A stretch of DNA of 64,000 nucleotides from Microbotryum violaceum (lineage: Eukaryota), in the NCBI GenBank assembly GCA_001244265.2, contig CDLV01000019.1, forward strand, positions 496,001 to 560,000, given 5' to 3'. The notes beneath the pieces are model-generated. The model had not been told where the DNA came from. It ran no database searches and saw nothing but the letters and a program-made list of their open reading frames with translations. How positions within the stretch are numbered: position 1 is the stretch's first letter; every line of letters starts with the position of its first letter. A program made the translations under genes and the position numbers. Below, piece by piece: positions 1-14,819 of the stretch.

Positions 1-1524
1 GATAAAGCTCCTGGTCGTCCCTCCTGGCCCTTCCTCTCAAGCCGTCCAAGAGCGCTCTAAATACCCCACTGACGACTTCCCAATCCGCCTCCCTCCCTCT
101 TCTCCCTTCCCTCCCTTCTCCCTCTCCAAATACCAACCCTACATCGCTGGCTTCCTCTTGTAATGCCATCCAACACCCTTCGGTCAATTCGTTGATCTTG
201 TGCACCTCCATCGAATGACCGGGGTATAAAGTGATGGTAATGAGAAGATGGAAGAACGTCTGAACTTCGGGCGATTGTAGCGTCAAAGCGGGTATGTTGG
301 ATGCTGGAGGAAGTGGGGAGAAGAGGAAGCCGATGAAGTGTTCTCCCAAAGTAGAGAGTAGTCGAAGGATGGAGAAAAAGTCATCTTCTTCCGCATAGGC
401 TAGGGCGGTATCTTGGTCGACTAACGCTTGTTGAATCGTGTTGATTACGCTGGTTGAACATGCCCATTCGGTCAAGAGGTGTTGGGTCTTGATGCGGGAC
501 ATGTACCGACTGATGCCGACGGAGGACGAGGTGCCCGAGGAGCGATCGATCAATTCTTCGACTTGGGTGATGGCGTTGTTTCGGGTCGATGGGTGATGGA
601 GATGAGGGAGGATGAGAGGGTATAGTACGTCGAGGTCGGTGTGAGTGAATTGCGAGGCGAGGAGGAAGGAATGGAAGCATTGGAGCGCCGAGTTGAGTTC
701 GGAGAAAGTGGTGGGTGAGGGCGGGAGGGACAACGAACTGGACAGTGTGGAGACGATCATTGGAGTTGACGAGCTCAAGGAGCCGATATAACTGGATCTG
801 TGCTCGACAATACCTGTTAGCTACATGTTGGCCGGCTGGCTGGCCTCTGCTAGGTACATGTCCCGGACACACTTTTTGGTCCCCGACAATTCTGCTCTGG
901 CGACTTGTTCAATCACGACACTGAGCACCTGCAACACGCCTTCGGTGCTTGTACCAGCCGCTACGACGCGGGTGATGATCTCTAACAACCAGTGATCCCA
1001 TCCCTGATCGAATAGCCTCAGACTGAGACTCGTCAAGGCACTGGCAAGTTTTCTCAAGACGATCCTTTCGCCGACATTGGCCGGTGCTGCTGAGCTACTT
1101 GATGAAGTTGTTGCTGCTGCTGATGATCGCGGATAACTTGCTGCCGCTGATCGGGAAGACCACTCGAGTACTTGTTCTTGGATAAGCTGATGCTGTTCCT
1201 CCGGTAAGGAATCCCAAGCTCGAGCGATTTTGAGTTGAAGTGTCGAAGCAGCGAAGAAACGGACTTGAGTTGGATATGTAGACGACGAGGAGGTTAAGAT
1301 GGGGGAGATCAAGGACCACGAATCGGGGTTGGATTGAATTGTTTGCAGTTGGGCTTGCAGGGAGGTTTGTAAGGACGGTGGGGTGTGGGGTGAGTAGAGT
1401 GTCTCGATCAACTGGGTCGCTTTCACAAGGGAGGGTGAGCGAAGGAGATCGGGCTGAGGATGAGCCGAGGTGCGGTGAGGTATGGACTTGCCTGGCCCAG
1501 CTGCTGGAGGTCATTTTGGGACAT
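1..1524 (-). CDS. Importin-13/Kap122-like karyopherin-beta (HEAT repeats), 3' end runs off window
   Basis: Spliced N-terminus MSQNDLQQLGQ/LIETLYSP...LQTIQSNPDSWSL...QVRFFAASTLQLKIARAWDSLP...VLRKLASAL is typical of importin-beta N-terminal/Xpo1 domains; coding continues past position 1. Confidence 0.75.
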
Positions 1525-1922
1525 GGTGTGCGGCTGGTCGGGAGAGAGCCAACTCGGTCTAGGGGTGCTCACTGCTCCCTGTGGGGTAAGGGAGAAAGGA
1601 GACAAGAGCGAAGGTCGGCCGGGAGCTGCTCGTGCGACGCGACTCTACGCGACACGCCTGGTGACGTCGGTCGCACCAATCATGTTCGCACCGCAGTCAC
1701 ACCGGAGATACAACTCGGCCAGTGTTAACATCGAGGACCTTGATCGTAGAACTTATTCCCGCTCCCTCTGGCCACCACAGATAGCTGCTTCAGGAAACAA
1801 GTCCCATTTTGGGATTGCACAAAACACACACACCCCTACTCCCTCCTCTCTTCCGAGAAATGCATTAAAAAGGCTCAGCACTCCATCCTCTATCACTCTA
1901 GTCCTTGCACCCGTGTGATCGT

Positions 1923-2638
1923 TCAATGGTGGTTGCTGAGAGAGAAAGAGAAAGGAGACGGCCTCCGGAGTCAGGATCCACTAGGTCGTACGGAGGGAGC
2001 GGAGGCGGGTGTAGCTTACTTCTTGTGGTGCTTGAGATGCATGTTGTCTAATGGAAAGCGCGTCGTGTAAACACAATCATGATCAGTCACCCATACTTCC
2101 CACCCCCTCATCCACACTCTCACTCTCCAACCCGACGCACATCCCCCACGCACAGCCCGCACACCCCCTCACTAAAGCTGCAGACTCACAAGCGATGGAA
2201 TACCCAACGATGAACAACGCTCCAATGGCGTGGATGAAGGGAGCACCCGAGGCGTTCTCGCCTTCAAAGTACTTCTTGCGGTACCATGAGATCGGGCCGG
2301 ACGAGGATCGTTTAGGCGCCGAACCCTTGGGCAACTGCAGGTGCATGAGAGGAGGGTGAGATGCGGTCAGTGGGCGATCCTTGGGTGTGTTGTTCAAGAA
2401 CAGTGATCGATGCGGTGGTTTGCGAAGGAAGAGTACCACTTCCACCAACCCAACGCCGAGCATCGACGACGACCGGGCAGAAGCGGAACGCTCCCTCCGC
2501 GCCCCTCCATCGTATACATGCACTACCCACCTTGGAGTAGAAATCAACGACCCGGGTCATACGAGCCGCGGATTGAGGCGCACCGATCGCGGAGGGGGAC
2601 GCGATCTTGGGAGGGACCAAATGAGCCAAGCGGGACAT
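1923..2638 (-). CDS. ATP17: Mitochondrial ATP synthase subunit f
   Basis: 4 exons: MSRLAHLVPPKIASPSAIG...RMTRVVDFYSK/LPKGSAP...YRKKYFEGENASGAPFIHAIGALFIVGYSI/...MHLKHHK/NNHH*; matches fungal Atp17 motifs. Confidence 0.92.
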
Positions 2639-3711
2639 GGTTCGTGTGCGGGCTGGGCTGTAGTAGGCGGAGGCGTGCACGCGTGAGCGGAGCGAGGCGG
2701 GAGAAATGCGGTGGCAGGTGGGTTCGGGCAGCGTATGAGGGAGGAAAGAGGATCAGTGTCGGCTGAGATGGGAAAGAAGGGGCAGCTGCGCGGGCACTCA
2801 CGAGGTTTGAATGGGATGTAGAGGGGGTGACGGAGGCGTACACAAGAGGGGCGAAACCGGTCTGCCCGCCAGCCAATCCGCTCGGCCAGGCCCAGCGGCT
2901 CCCAGCGGCGCAGTAAGGCGTTTTCGGGCGAGTTAAAAACGCACGGACCTCTTCGGATCAGCTTTGGCCGACTTTCGGCTTTCGATTACTCGGGGAAATC
3001 TTGTCGGTTGAGTGGGTATGAAACCTTTCAGAATTTGGTGTGGCTCTCAATTCAACATCGACGTAGTGTTTTATGAATACCCGTAGCTGCAGAGACAGTT
3101 CAAGACCGAGGCCGGGACGCCAGCTGCAGTGGCACGATGATGGCGGACATCGGCCGTGCTTTCTCAAACCATGGTGTCTTATCAATCTCTCGTCTCTCTC
3201 TGGTTAAAGGCTATTTTGGGTTTACACTGTACCGAGACCGCCACCCAAATCTCCACCCTCCCGAAAAAAAAAATCCGGCTACCCAGCGGCATGCGGCAGT
3301 TCAAGCTTAAGGACACGATAGATCACGTGAGCCAGCTTTAGTTCGTCGCGCGCGTTGTGTCATGCCTCGTCGAACTCTTGTTTCACCCACACCTCTCGCC
3401 CGGCTCTGGGCTCCCCTCTGCACGGTCTTTGATTTGTTATAACCCCCATCTGCGCGGTATCAACATGTAAGCTATCTTTTTCCGGTTGACCACATAAGCT
3501 TGCTCCTGACTCAGCTCGTTGTACCCCCACAGTGCGGCTCATCGTCGTCGCGCCTGCTCGAGTCGCGAAATCACCAAACAAAGCCCCCACCAAACAAGGC
3601 CCCTTTCCACCGCTCCCGAGCTCGCAGGCATCACTCCGATCGACACCCTCGCATCTCCAGGAAACATATCACGCCTGTTTTATCCATCTACTCGATCATC
3701 TCTAATCCACC

Positions 3712-6700
3712 ATGCAAGCTTTACTAGCCTCCCCTTCGACGCGCTACGATTCACCCAACTCGTCGTTCGACTCCAACTCGTCTTCGTCCAGCTCGTCCAA
3801 TGCATCATTGGGTTTACCTTCCCTGAGCTCTCCTTTCGAATTCAACGATCGACCTGGGATTGTTGGTGGTCGATTCGGGATCGGCAAGAGCTTGAGTAAT
3901 TCGCCTCTGAAGAGGGTTGCGGTTGTTGTGGAAGGGGACGAGAGCTTCAGTGATTCCGAAGAGGAGGAAGCATCCCCCAGTCGACCTGCAGATTCTGCTT
4001 TCGATTCCTATGGAATACGACCACCACAAGAGTTTTCGCCTTCTTCGGAATCGAACTCGTTGACTTCGACGCTCCCACCTCCGGCTTGGATGACGGATGA
4101 ATTGGACGAGGAATGGGTCGCTCAACCTGATTCCGAAGAGGACGAAACTTCCTCCGACGAGGAGGACGACCCTCAACAGCAATCTATGTCGTTATGTTCG
4201 GTGACTTCTCCTACCTCGGCAGCATTCATCACCGCTTCTTCATTTTCGCCAGAGACGTCCAAGAAGGCGAGTCCGACTTCGACGAGGAAGAACGCGCGAG
4301 CACCCGAGGAGGAGCAACACGATCTTTCCCCCTCTACCTCATCGGCTTTAGCATCGATGATGATGAACAAATACGCCTCGCTCAACCAACCCAAAGTACC
4401 TTCCTCCCTTCGACATGGATTTACTACCCATTCCAACACATCCGGGTCCCTGAACGGGGATACGTCACACCCCGACCTATCGGAGCATCCAGCGACCTAC
4501 GGCGGCGTAGGCACTTTCGATTCGAACCTCACCTCGACCGATTCGGAAGCCGGTTCATGCGTCGTTCGTTCGGAGAATGATCGACCTACGACAATTGGGG
4601 CCTTGTACCGTCCTAGTCAATTACAAGCGGCGGTCAGAGCGTTGAAGGGTGTCAAATCAGCGGGTTTGGGAGCCAAGTTGGTTGAAGAGACGGATGGGGA
4701 TGAGGCGGATACTGAGACCCCGTTGGCGGGAACACCGATGAGGAATGGGATTGGGAACAGCGACGGATTCGGTTTGATGAAGTTGTTTGAACCGCCTAGT
4801 CCTACTAGTGAGCTCCTTTGGATGCGAACATTTCATCGATTTCACGAAACTAACGCAAGGCTTCTAGCAGCCACGATTCCGACTCAAACGAGCAAAGCGC
4901 CGGCTCCTTCAATCCAATCATTTACCTTCACTCCGCCCCCTCTCAAACGGACGTCGTACAAATCCCTTGTTTCTCCCGCGTACACCACAACGACATCAGG
5001 TTCCGCCACCCCGATGCCGAAATCTCGTCGGAAGCCCGTTCCGACCCTTCGAACGGGCAATGACTTCGATGCGACGACACCTTCGAACGCGCAGGGTGGT
5101 GTTATGATGCAAGCCCCCGCTTTGGAAGTTAAGGATCGAGTTTTGAGATCGCAAGCTACGACGACGATGGTTTCAACTTCCACGGGCATGGCGTCGATGT
5201 CGGGTATCGCTTCCCCTCCTTTGACTGCACTTCCTTCCTCCACGTACGCAACGGAAGAAGAAGGCATCTCGATCTTGCATGAATCCGAACCTCCGCCAGC
5301 TTTAATTAGTGATACGTCCACTTCTTCGAACAAAACGCCTCCTAAAGTGGGCCAAGGAAATTACTCCCCTTTCCTTCTTACGCCAGCACCTCAAGCAGAC
5401 GAGCTAGAGACGCCTCCTAAATCGACACAGAACCAAGTGGCTGGAACGCCTAGGTCGGCAGTCAAATTGTTCGAATTTCACTACGACACCTATACCCGAG
5501 ATCATCTGGCTGCTTTGGTGGAGGAAATCGATCGATCTACTGGGAACGCTAGGTATGGGTCTTCAGGCTCCAGTCATCCTTCCAGTTCATCGAAGGAAGG
5601 TTCGGTCTGGGTCGATCTGTTACCTAGGACCAAGTCGACGCATGAGGACGGAGAGGAAGATATTGAGGAGAATCAGAGGAGTAATAAGAGGATTAGATTG
5701 AGTCCCAAGTGGAGCTTTGCGGAGGATGAAGGGGTACAGAGGAGTACGAGGAGAAGGAGGATCACGAGTGTTGGGAGTCTGAGCAGACACCCTCGGGTGA
5801 AGGATAAGGTCGTTGAGCAGGTCTCGCCTAGTGCGACGAGGAGCCAGGTCACGAAACAGAGGTTGGATCAGGCGAACTCGTTATTGGATCGGATTCGAGC
5901 CAAAGCCGCTGCGGCATCGGGGAGAAGAACGAACGATGATCAGCTCGCCGGCGAAGGAGATCAAGTCGACCAGACCATCGTGCCTGGGTCACCGAGGCCA
6001 GTCACGGTCGACTCGCCTTTGCCAAGATTGGCAGCAGCGGCTTCGGCTTCGATTCGGCATGCTCTCAGTGGGGATTCGTTGTCAGCTTCTTCGAGGTCCA
6101 ACCTGGGCCATGGTCGACGACCCTCGTTAGCTCAATCCGTCCTCACTGCCACGAACCTCGCTGCCTCCTCTGCTGCACCTTCCGTTGCCCATCTTGCTTC
6201 GAACGAGGGCAGCGTTGCGCCGAGCCCCAATAGTCGTCGTCATTTCGCCACGACCCCGATCCGATCTTCGAACAGTAACATCAGCTCGAAACGCAAGTCC
6301 TCTGCTTTAGGCGAACGATTCGCACCAAACTCGTCGATTCGAGTTACTTCCCTCGATTCGAATGGGGATTCTAAAGATCCCGGCGCAGCGACCGATGAAG
6401 AGAAACAAAGCAGTCGAGGTTCAACGGCTTCGTCCATGACCTGCGCGACGAGTGGATCAGGAGCGACGAACGACACGAAAAGTACAAGAGGAGGCAAAGG
6501 GCATTCAAGACAATCAACTCTGACGACGATCGGACCTCAGGATGTTGGGGTTCTATTGGGGTTGAAGAACTCGCCTGGGACGGGGAGATCGAGTCGGATG
6601 GTATTTGATCAAGTTCATCAGAGATGGATCAAAACACCGCGTGCGTTGATCGTTAAGAAGGGTGAATCGATGATATCGGGGTCTTCGACTGTCGTAGCGG

Positions 6701-9649
6701 AGGAGAATGGATCCGGCGATGGGAGCGGCTCGACGGAGGATGATCCGTTTAGGGACTTCGAGTCGACGAGAGCGTCGATGGATATCAGGGACGAATTCAA
6801 CAAGAGCTTAGTGAGCGCTGCAAAAGATCAAGGACCACCCGGATTGTCGGGGTTGGGGATTACGGCGGAGACGCCAAAGATCGAGGAACCGAGGAGGATT
6901 ACGGAAGATGATGTGGGCTCCCCGTTGGATGTGTGCTATTTCGAGGCAGCGCCTATTGAGCAGAGGATTGAGGACGAGGAAGGCACGACTCCTCTTCCTG
7001 ATTGGGGGACACCGCAAGTTGAGCAAGAGCGAGAAGAGGAGCAAATCGCACTGCGCCCAATGCAGCAATCTCCCGAAACATTCGCACAACCCGCAGTATC
7101 TGTCGTCGCATCTTCAGCCCCTAGTCCGGCCATTGTTCCAGCCCCGACTTTTTCTATCCCGACCACCCCAAGGGGTACCCACGCCAAGCCTCAACTTCCT
7201 CGCTCGGCGCTTAAGAACACCGTGGCCCGATCGCACAGCGACCCAGGTCTACCCGCCACACCTCGTCTTGCTTCTGGATCATCCGCTGACCGACAGCGCA
7301 AGGTCTCTCGTTCGGTCAGCTTCTCGGATGGTAAAGCCGAAGGCAAGATCGAAGGATTGGTCGCCGTCAGTATCGAAGAGCTTGAGAGGATTAGGATGAA
7401 GAATGTCGGTGGGGTGCTTTCGGCCGGTGGGAGTCGCCTCAAGTTCCAAATGTCGACAATCTCGGATGGGTCCGTGTCGAACCATGCGGAGAGTGTCGAT
7501 GGACTCGGTGGGGGACCCGGGTCGTTGGCAATGGAAGGCTTTGATGAAGAGGCGCCCAGCGCGAATGCATCGGTCTCGTCTCCCTCGATCAGGGTTTTGA
7601 CGAGGTCCAAGAGCTGTCAAGACAGAGTCATCGATTTGGATCTGGCTGGTAAGTCTTACGCAGGGGACCCGGTTTCGTGGGAAATCCGCTGACTCAGGAT
7701 GCCCCCACCACAGCGGTCTCCGAGGTGCCAAACGGAACACCCCTACCCCTCATCCAGTCGACCGTCTCCGAAACCTCCCTCACCACGAGCACTCACTCGA
7801 CCTCCCGCACGTTCCGCCGCACCACCGCCCCGGACGCGACCTTCCTCACCGAATGTTCGTTCGGCGTCTCGGCCGACCGAATGGTGCAGTACATCACCGA
7901 CGTTAAGCCTTTCGAACCTGATTGGGAGGCAGTGATGTCGATTGATCTCAGTGGCAAAAAGATCGAGAGTTTGGTGAGGTTGAAGGAGTTCTTGCCTGGC
8001 TTGGATGAGATTAATGTGTAAGTGTTCGTTCGGCCTCACCTCCAAGCACGTTGAACTGACTTTTTTTCTGGTTGGTGTGTAGCAACGACAATCAAATCGC
8101 CTTCCTCACAGGCGCGCCAGCAACACTCCGAACGCTGCTCGTCGCCTCGAACAAGCTCAGTGGCCTGACATGCTTCCAACACCTACTCAACCTCGAGCGT
8201 ATCGACGTCAGCCACAATCAAATTGACTCGGTGCACCAGTTCGCCTGTTTGAAGCATTTGCGTGAACTCAAGGCCGATGATAACTTGGTCACGAACTTGG
8301 AGGGCTTGTTCGGATTAGATGGGTTACAAAAGTTGAGCTTGAGAGGTAATCGAGTTGAAGTGGTGGATACGACGAGATCCAAATGGTCGGTCCTTCAATC
8401 TTGATGATGCATGATCTTAGCGAGCTGATGTCGAAATTCTCGACGCCTTCAGGACTCGCCTTGAGACGCTGGATCTGAGTCGCAATGCAGTCACTTCGTT
8501 TGTTGGCCTCGAGCGACTAAGCTCGCTTGTCTCACTGAATCTCGGTTAGTACCTTCCATCTTTACCGCTCGTTGGAACGTGAAAGCGTCAAAGCCCCGTC
8601 GCGTCTGACATGCGCCATCCTTTTCTCTCAGACGAAAACAAGTTGAACTCGATCGCAGCAACGAGTCCGATGCCGAGTCTCCGCGTTCTGCGCATCTCGG
8701 CGAACCCACTCGTGAAAATCGACGTGTCGTTCGCGCCGAGGTTGCGGACTCTGCTGATGGATTCGGCGAAGCTCGACCCGATTGGTGGGTTGGAGAAGCT
8801 GGGACGACTAGAGAACTTTTCGTTGAGGGATCAGGATGTGGACCAGCAAATTTTGTGAGTTCAGCCTGCTCCCTCTGCGAAGCCACCCAAGCAGGTTCTG
8901 ATTATCGGTGCCTTTCATTTTGCAGGTGGCTTTCCCCGACCTCCTTGCGTGATATAAAGCGATTGTATCTCTCGTCGAACCCGGCGTCTTTACCCCTGTC
9001 GCTGCTTTCCCCCTCCTCCCAGCTCGGTGCTCCCTCACCAACATTCTTCAACCTCATTTATCTCGAGCTCTCCTATTGCCAGTTGACCCGACTGCCACCC
9101 AGGCTTTCCTCGACGATCCCCAATATTCGCGCCTTGGACCTTAGTCACAACCCTTTGACCTCGCTCGATGGTCTTCAAGGCCTCGCTCGGCTGACCAAAT
9201 TGACTGCCGTTGGCGCGAGATTGGAAAGAGTGAAAGAGCTGGCAGAGGTGTTGAGAACCTTGCCCGAATTGCAGAGCCTTGATCTGAGGTAAGCATATCA
9301 CCTGCATCACCTTGCCCCCGCGTTCACTGGGTACTGATAGACTGCATTCTCTGACGACTACCCCAGAATGAACCCCATTACGCTCTCCTTCTACCCTACG
9401 TTCGCCACCACTACTACTCCCACCACTACGAGCTCCCCTCCCTTCGATCTCGAATGGTCCAAAACGGACCAACACCACCGACGTACGCTCTCAGATGAAT
9501 GGTACTTTCGTCGACTATCCTACCGATCCATCTTACTCTCCCTCATCCCCAGCCTGGCTTGGTTCGATGGAAGTCTGGTCAAGGAGAAGGAGAGGAAAAG
9601 GTTGTTGGACGTTGTGAAGGAATTGACCAAGAGCGGGTTGAGGGAATGA
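3712..9649 (+). CDS. Nud1/Cdc11-like spindle-pole-body SIN/MEN scaffold with C-terminal leucine-rich repeats
   Basis: Long S/P-rich disordered N-terminus with KLFEFHYDTYTRDHL and MVFDQVHQRW islands, then DATFLTECSFGV...PFEPDWE followed by multi-exon LRRs (LRTLLVASNKL, LERIDVSHNQI, LQKLSLRGNRV, IRALDLSHNPL). Confidence 0.8.
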
Positions 9650-10802
9650 GAGAGGATTATATTGATTTACTTTTTCGTGGAGTGTATGAACGATTGGGAT
9701 GCGACTGGAATGCATCAACTTGCGTGTTGTAGACTGTCCAGCCCGAGCAAGATTTTTGTATTGTACAGCGAGCCGGACACGTTTAATGCGAGGTCGCTCG
9801 CATATGACCCCGAACTTGCTGTAAACTCTGCGATGTGGAGTCCGACAGTGTTTCTATGGTGTTTCTTGACGCCGAGCGCGAGAACGGCAAGTTGGCCTCG
9901 CTTTCGGCGCTGGCTGTGCTCCGGTCGTGCGCAGTCGATTTCGCGTTCCCGTGTTTCTCCATCCATCCCCTGGGCAGCCCACGGACCATTCGTCTCTCTC
10001 CACCATGACTTTAATGAATCGCGCCCATTCATTATCCACCTCTTCCACTGAATCTGCTGGTTTCCATCCGGAGGGGTGTATCTTCCCCTCCTGGGGCTTT
10101 ACAGTTCTTCGAAATCTCAATCTCGAAATATCAGTCTCCCAAGTGATTGCGAGGCTTAAAGCAGTCCGAGGCAGCGAGCGAAGTGTGGCCAGCAGCAGTA
10201 CCACCAACGCGGCCTTGCGACGGGCCAAGCACCGAGAGCGCCGAGATAGGGGGAGAGCGCTTGGAGTATAAAGTCGTCATCAGTGGGTAGTGTGGATTAT
10301 ACGGCGCTCTTCTTTCAGATTTGATTGTGCCTTTGAGTTGTATATAATGACAAGCTATCCCACCGAGGCGGAATTTGAAGCCACAGGGTGCGTCAAGTTG
10401 TCAACAGGCGGTGCTATTAGCCGCAGTGCAATGCGAGTCGGCGCGTCAAAAGGCTGTGCTGCACGCGTTCGAATTTCAGCATTTGAAAACGGGCGGATTA
10501 GGCGGTCGCAGTAATGGGGAATTGAGATTGCTTGGGACGCGCGCGTGCACGGCGGTCGATGGATAAGTTGGCTCGCGCGTTGGTCACCGTCACCCTCATC
10601 GTCGTCGTCGAGTCTCACCCCGTTGCTGTCCCTACTACGAGCCACTCTGCCCATCGTTATCGTCGTCGTCATCAACTCCGTTTGATCTTCGTCGTTTCGC
10701 ATCGCACGTGCTCTTTCGTCGACGCTCGCCTATCGCCCCGACCGTGCCCATCACCCGCACGCTCAACGTCTCTCACCCACCTCCACACACACTCACCTCA
10801 CA

Positions 10803-12352
<1,550 letters not shown>

Positions 12353-14819
12353 ATGCTTTTCGACGGGAGATACTTTACGCATCCTTTTTTTCTCGAACGA
12401 TCAGGTTTATGACCCTACACCCCACGCTCGATCAATCACGACGAAAGGAATCCTTGGGAGGACGAGATGGTGGAGGGTGATGGAACAGGGGAGGGATGCA
12501 AAGACTGGAGAATGAAGAAGAATGAAGAAGAAGAAGTGGGGGACTTTGTCAAAGCTTCCTCCATTCATGAAACGAAAGCAACCAACCCCTTCCCCTGTTA
12601 AGTACGGCCACTGAACCCAATTTCCCCCCTTTTCCTTTCGCCTTCCGCCCCATACAACCGCCCTCAAAGTCCCCTATTGTTTACCACGTTCTCATTTTCG
12701 TTTTCCTCTCTTTTCTCTTTTCTGTTTCTGGCTCACTTGCCCCCTTGTTTCTTGAAACGACGTTCTCTTTTGCTACTCAAGTCTAGTTGAGCTTTGTTGC
12801 TCTCTTCTCTTTCGACTTCTTCACCTTCTTGCTTTCAACTTCTCTTCCTCACCCCACTGCCCGTCTTCTTCGCTTTCCTTCTCTCGCAATCTTGCCTTCT
12901 TTCACTTCCCACTCCATTCACCCGCCCGGAATTCAAGAGAGCGCTTTTCGGCACATGTAAGCGATCGAGCTTAGCCCCGCGGGGTGGGAAACGTTTCGAG
13001 GCTAGTAGACCTTTGTTGTTCATCAGTGTAGCGAAAGCAACTCATCCAGTAGGGGCATCGGTCAGATTCGACATGGTTTTTTGAAAGCGAATCATGAACT
13101 CCTCTTCTTTTGTCATCTTTGAAATAAAAAATAAAAAATCTAGGGGTCACGGTAAGGGTAGTTAAGTAGTACGCGTCCGAAACCGAGAGTCGAGTCAAAG
13201 TAGTAGTAGAGTAGTAGTAGTAGTACCCTGCCCACTGCAAAGGGGGAAACTTGCTCGGGAGATTCCTGATACCATGGAGCGCGGGGGGAATAAACAAGTT
13301 CTCTCTTTCCGACCCCTCGATCCCTCGATCTCTCAGCCAAGCCTACGGTATGATCCGAGCCCTCAATTCGAAGTACTTGATACTTGATCTCACGTCCGGT
13401 TCGGGTGCTAACAACTTCCAACGCACGTTGTTTCCACTCCATTAGGCTCAGGTTAGCTGGGGTCTTGCGCTCGTATTGTATACTTCAATTTGCATAAGCA
13501 AGAATCTCGAAAGTTTGGGGGGAAATGATGTGCGTCAAGGGACCAGTAGTTTGAACTCGTCGTCTTTTAATACACTACCACGCCACGTTGAAGTCTGTGC
13601 CACTGGTGCAGTGATGGTTTCGGAAAGCGCGGTTACCCTCACTGCACCAGTGCCACCACATGCACGATTTCCAGGCTCACTGCAACCCTATCGAATTCGT
13701 CCAAACAGCCGCATCATCAAATACGTGTAGCTTCTGGATTGTTCTGCGTTAACGCGCCTCGAGTATGGGGTGTGGTTGATGTGTACTAGGAGAGGTAGAC
13801 TTTATAAGCTTGAGCTTGGGTTTGGTTCTACGTTCACATTGGAAGAGGAAGAGAACTCCCGGGCGCCAAGCCTGGCTTCAGGCACTGATCATGATAGCCC
13901 TTCAAGTGGGCAGTGCAACGTAATAAAATCGACGTCTTGTTCCCCCCGTGATGTACGATGTTGGAAGGGGGCATCGAGAAAACGAATGCGCTACGAAACC
14001 ATGAGGTTGGGCGGGGGAGGTGAGATCGGACGCGACCAATTGGTGTGGGTGTGGGGGGCTTGACCGGGGAGGACACGTCGGAAGGGCGTTTGACTCGTCG
14101 GAGGGGGGGGGGGGGGGAGGGGGGGGGTCGACTCCGCTTTTGAGGCACCTCTCTATTCTCTAGGGGGTTAGCTTAGCGCGTGGGAAGTGCGTGGATTAGG
14201 TCAAGTACTACGCGGCACTCACGCGGCCTTCACGCGGCGGCACTTGGCACGCCACGCGGCCGTGGCCTACTCTTGGTTAGGTCGATCGTCGGGTGATACT
14301 TCAACCTCCGTTCCATCGGTCGAACGATCTTAGGGCCCTATGTCTCAACGAGTGGGGTGGGAGTTGAATGGGACAAGGTCAACGTTTGAGGTGACTCGCC
14401 GTCGAACACAGGGCGCACCGTGCGTTCCCGGAACTTCCTCGCTCGGGAAAGGGGCTCCAAGAGTATTTTTTTTCTCGAGGCGACTCTACCAGGTTGGTTT
14501 CGCCCGCATCAAAGTTCGTATCATTCCTTCTTTAGTTATTTCATCAAAAAAAAAAAAAAAAGGAAGCCATCATGTATCGTACGCACATCACGAGAAGAAA
14601 GGAGAACGCAAGCAGAGGAGGAGACCAGCACGAAATACGACGAAAGCTAAGAGGACGACGACTCCTCGACCAGCGCAGCGCAGAGAAGAACAACCGTAGA
14701 ACATCAGAAAGAACTTTGAACAGTCAAAAAGAGGAACAGAGTGGTCGACAGGGATTCGTGGTCATAAGTGTATATAGGAGGTATGTATATCGACAGAATC
14801 TAAGGATCGTCGGCTGCGT

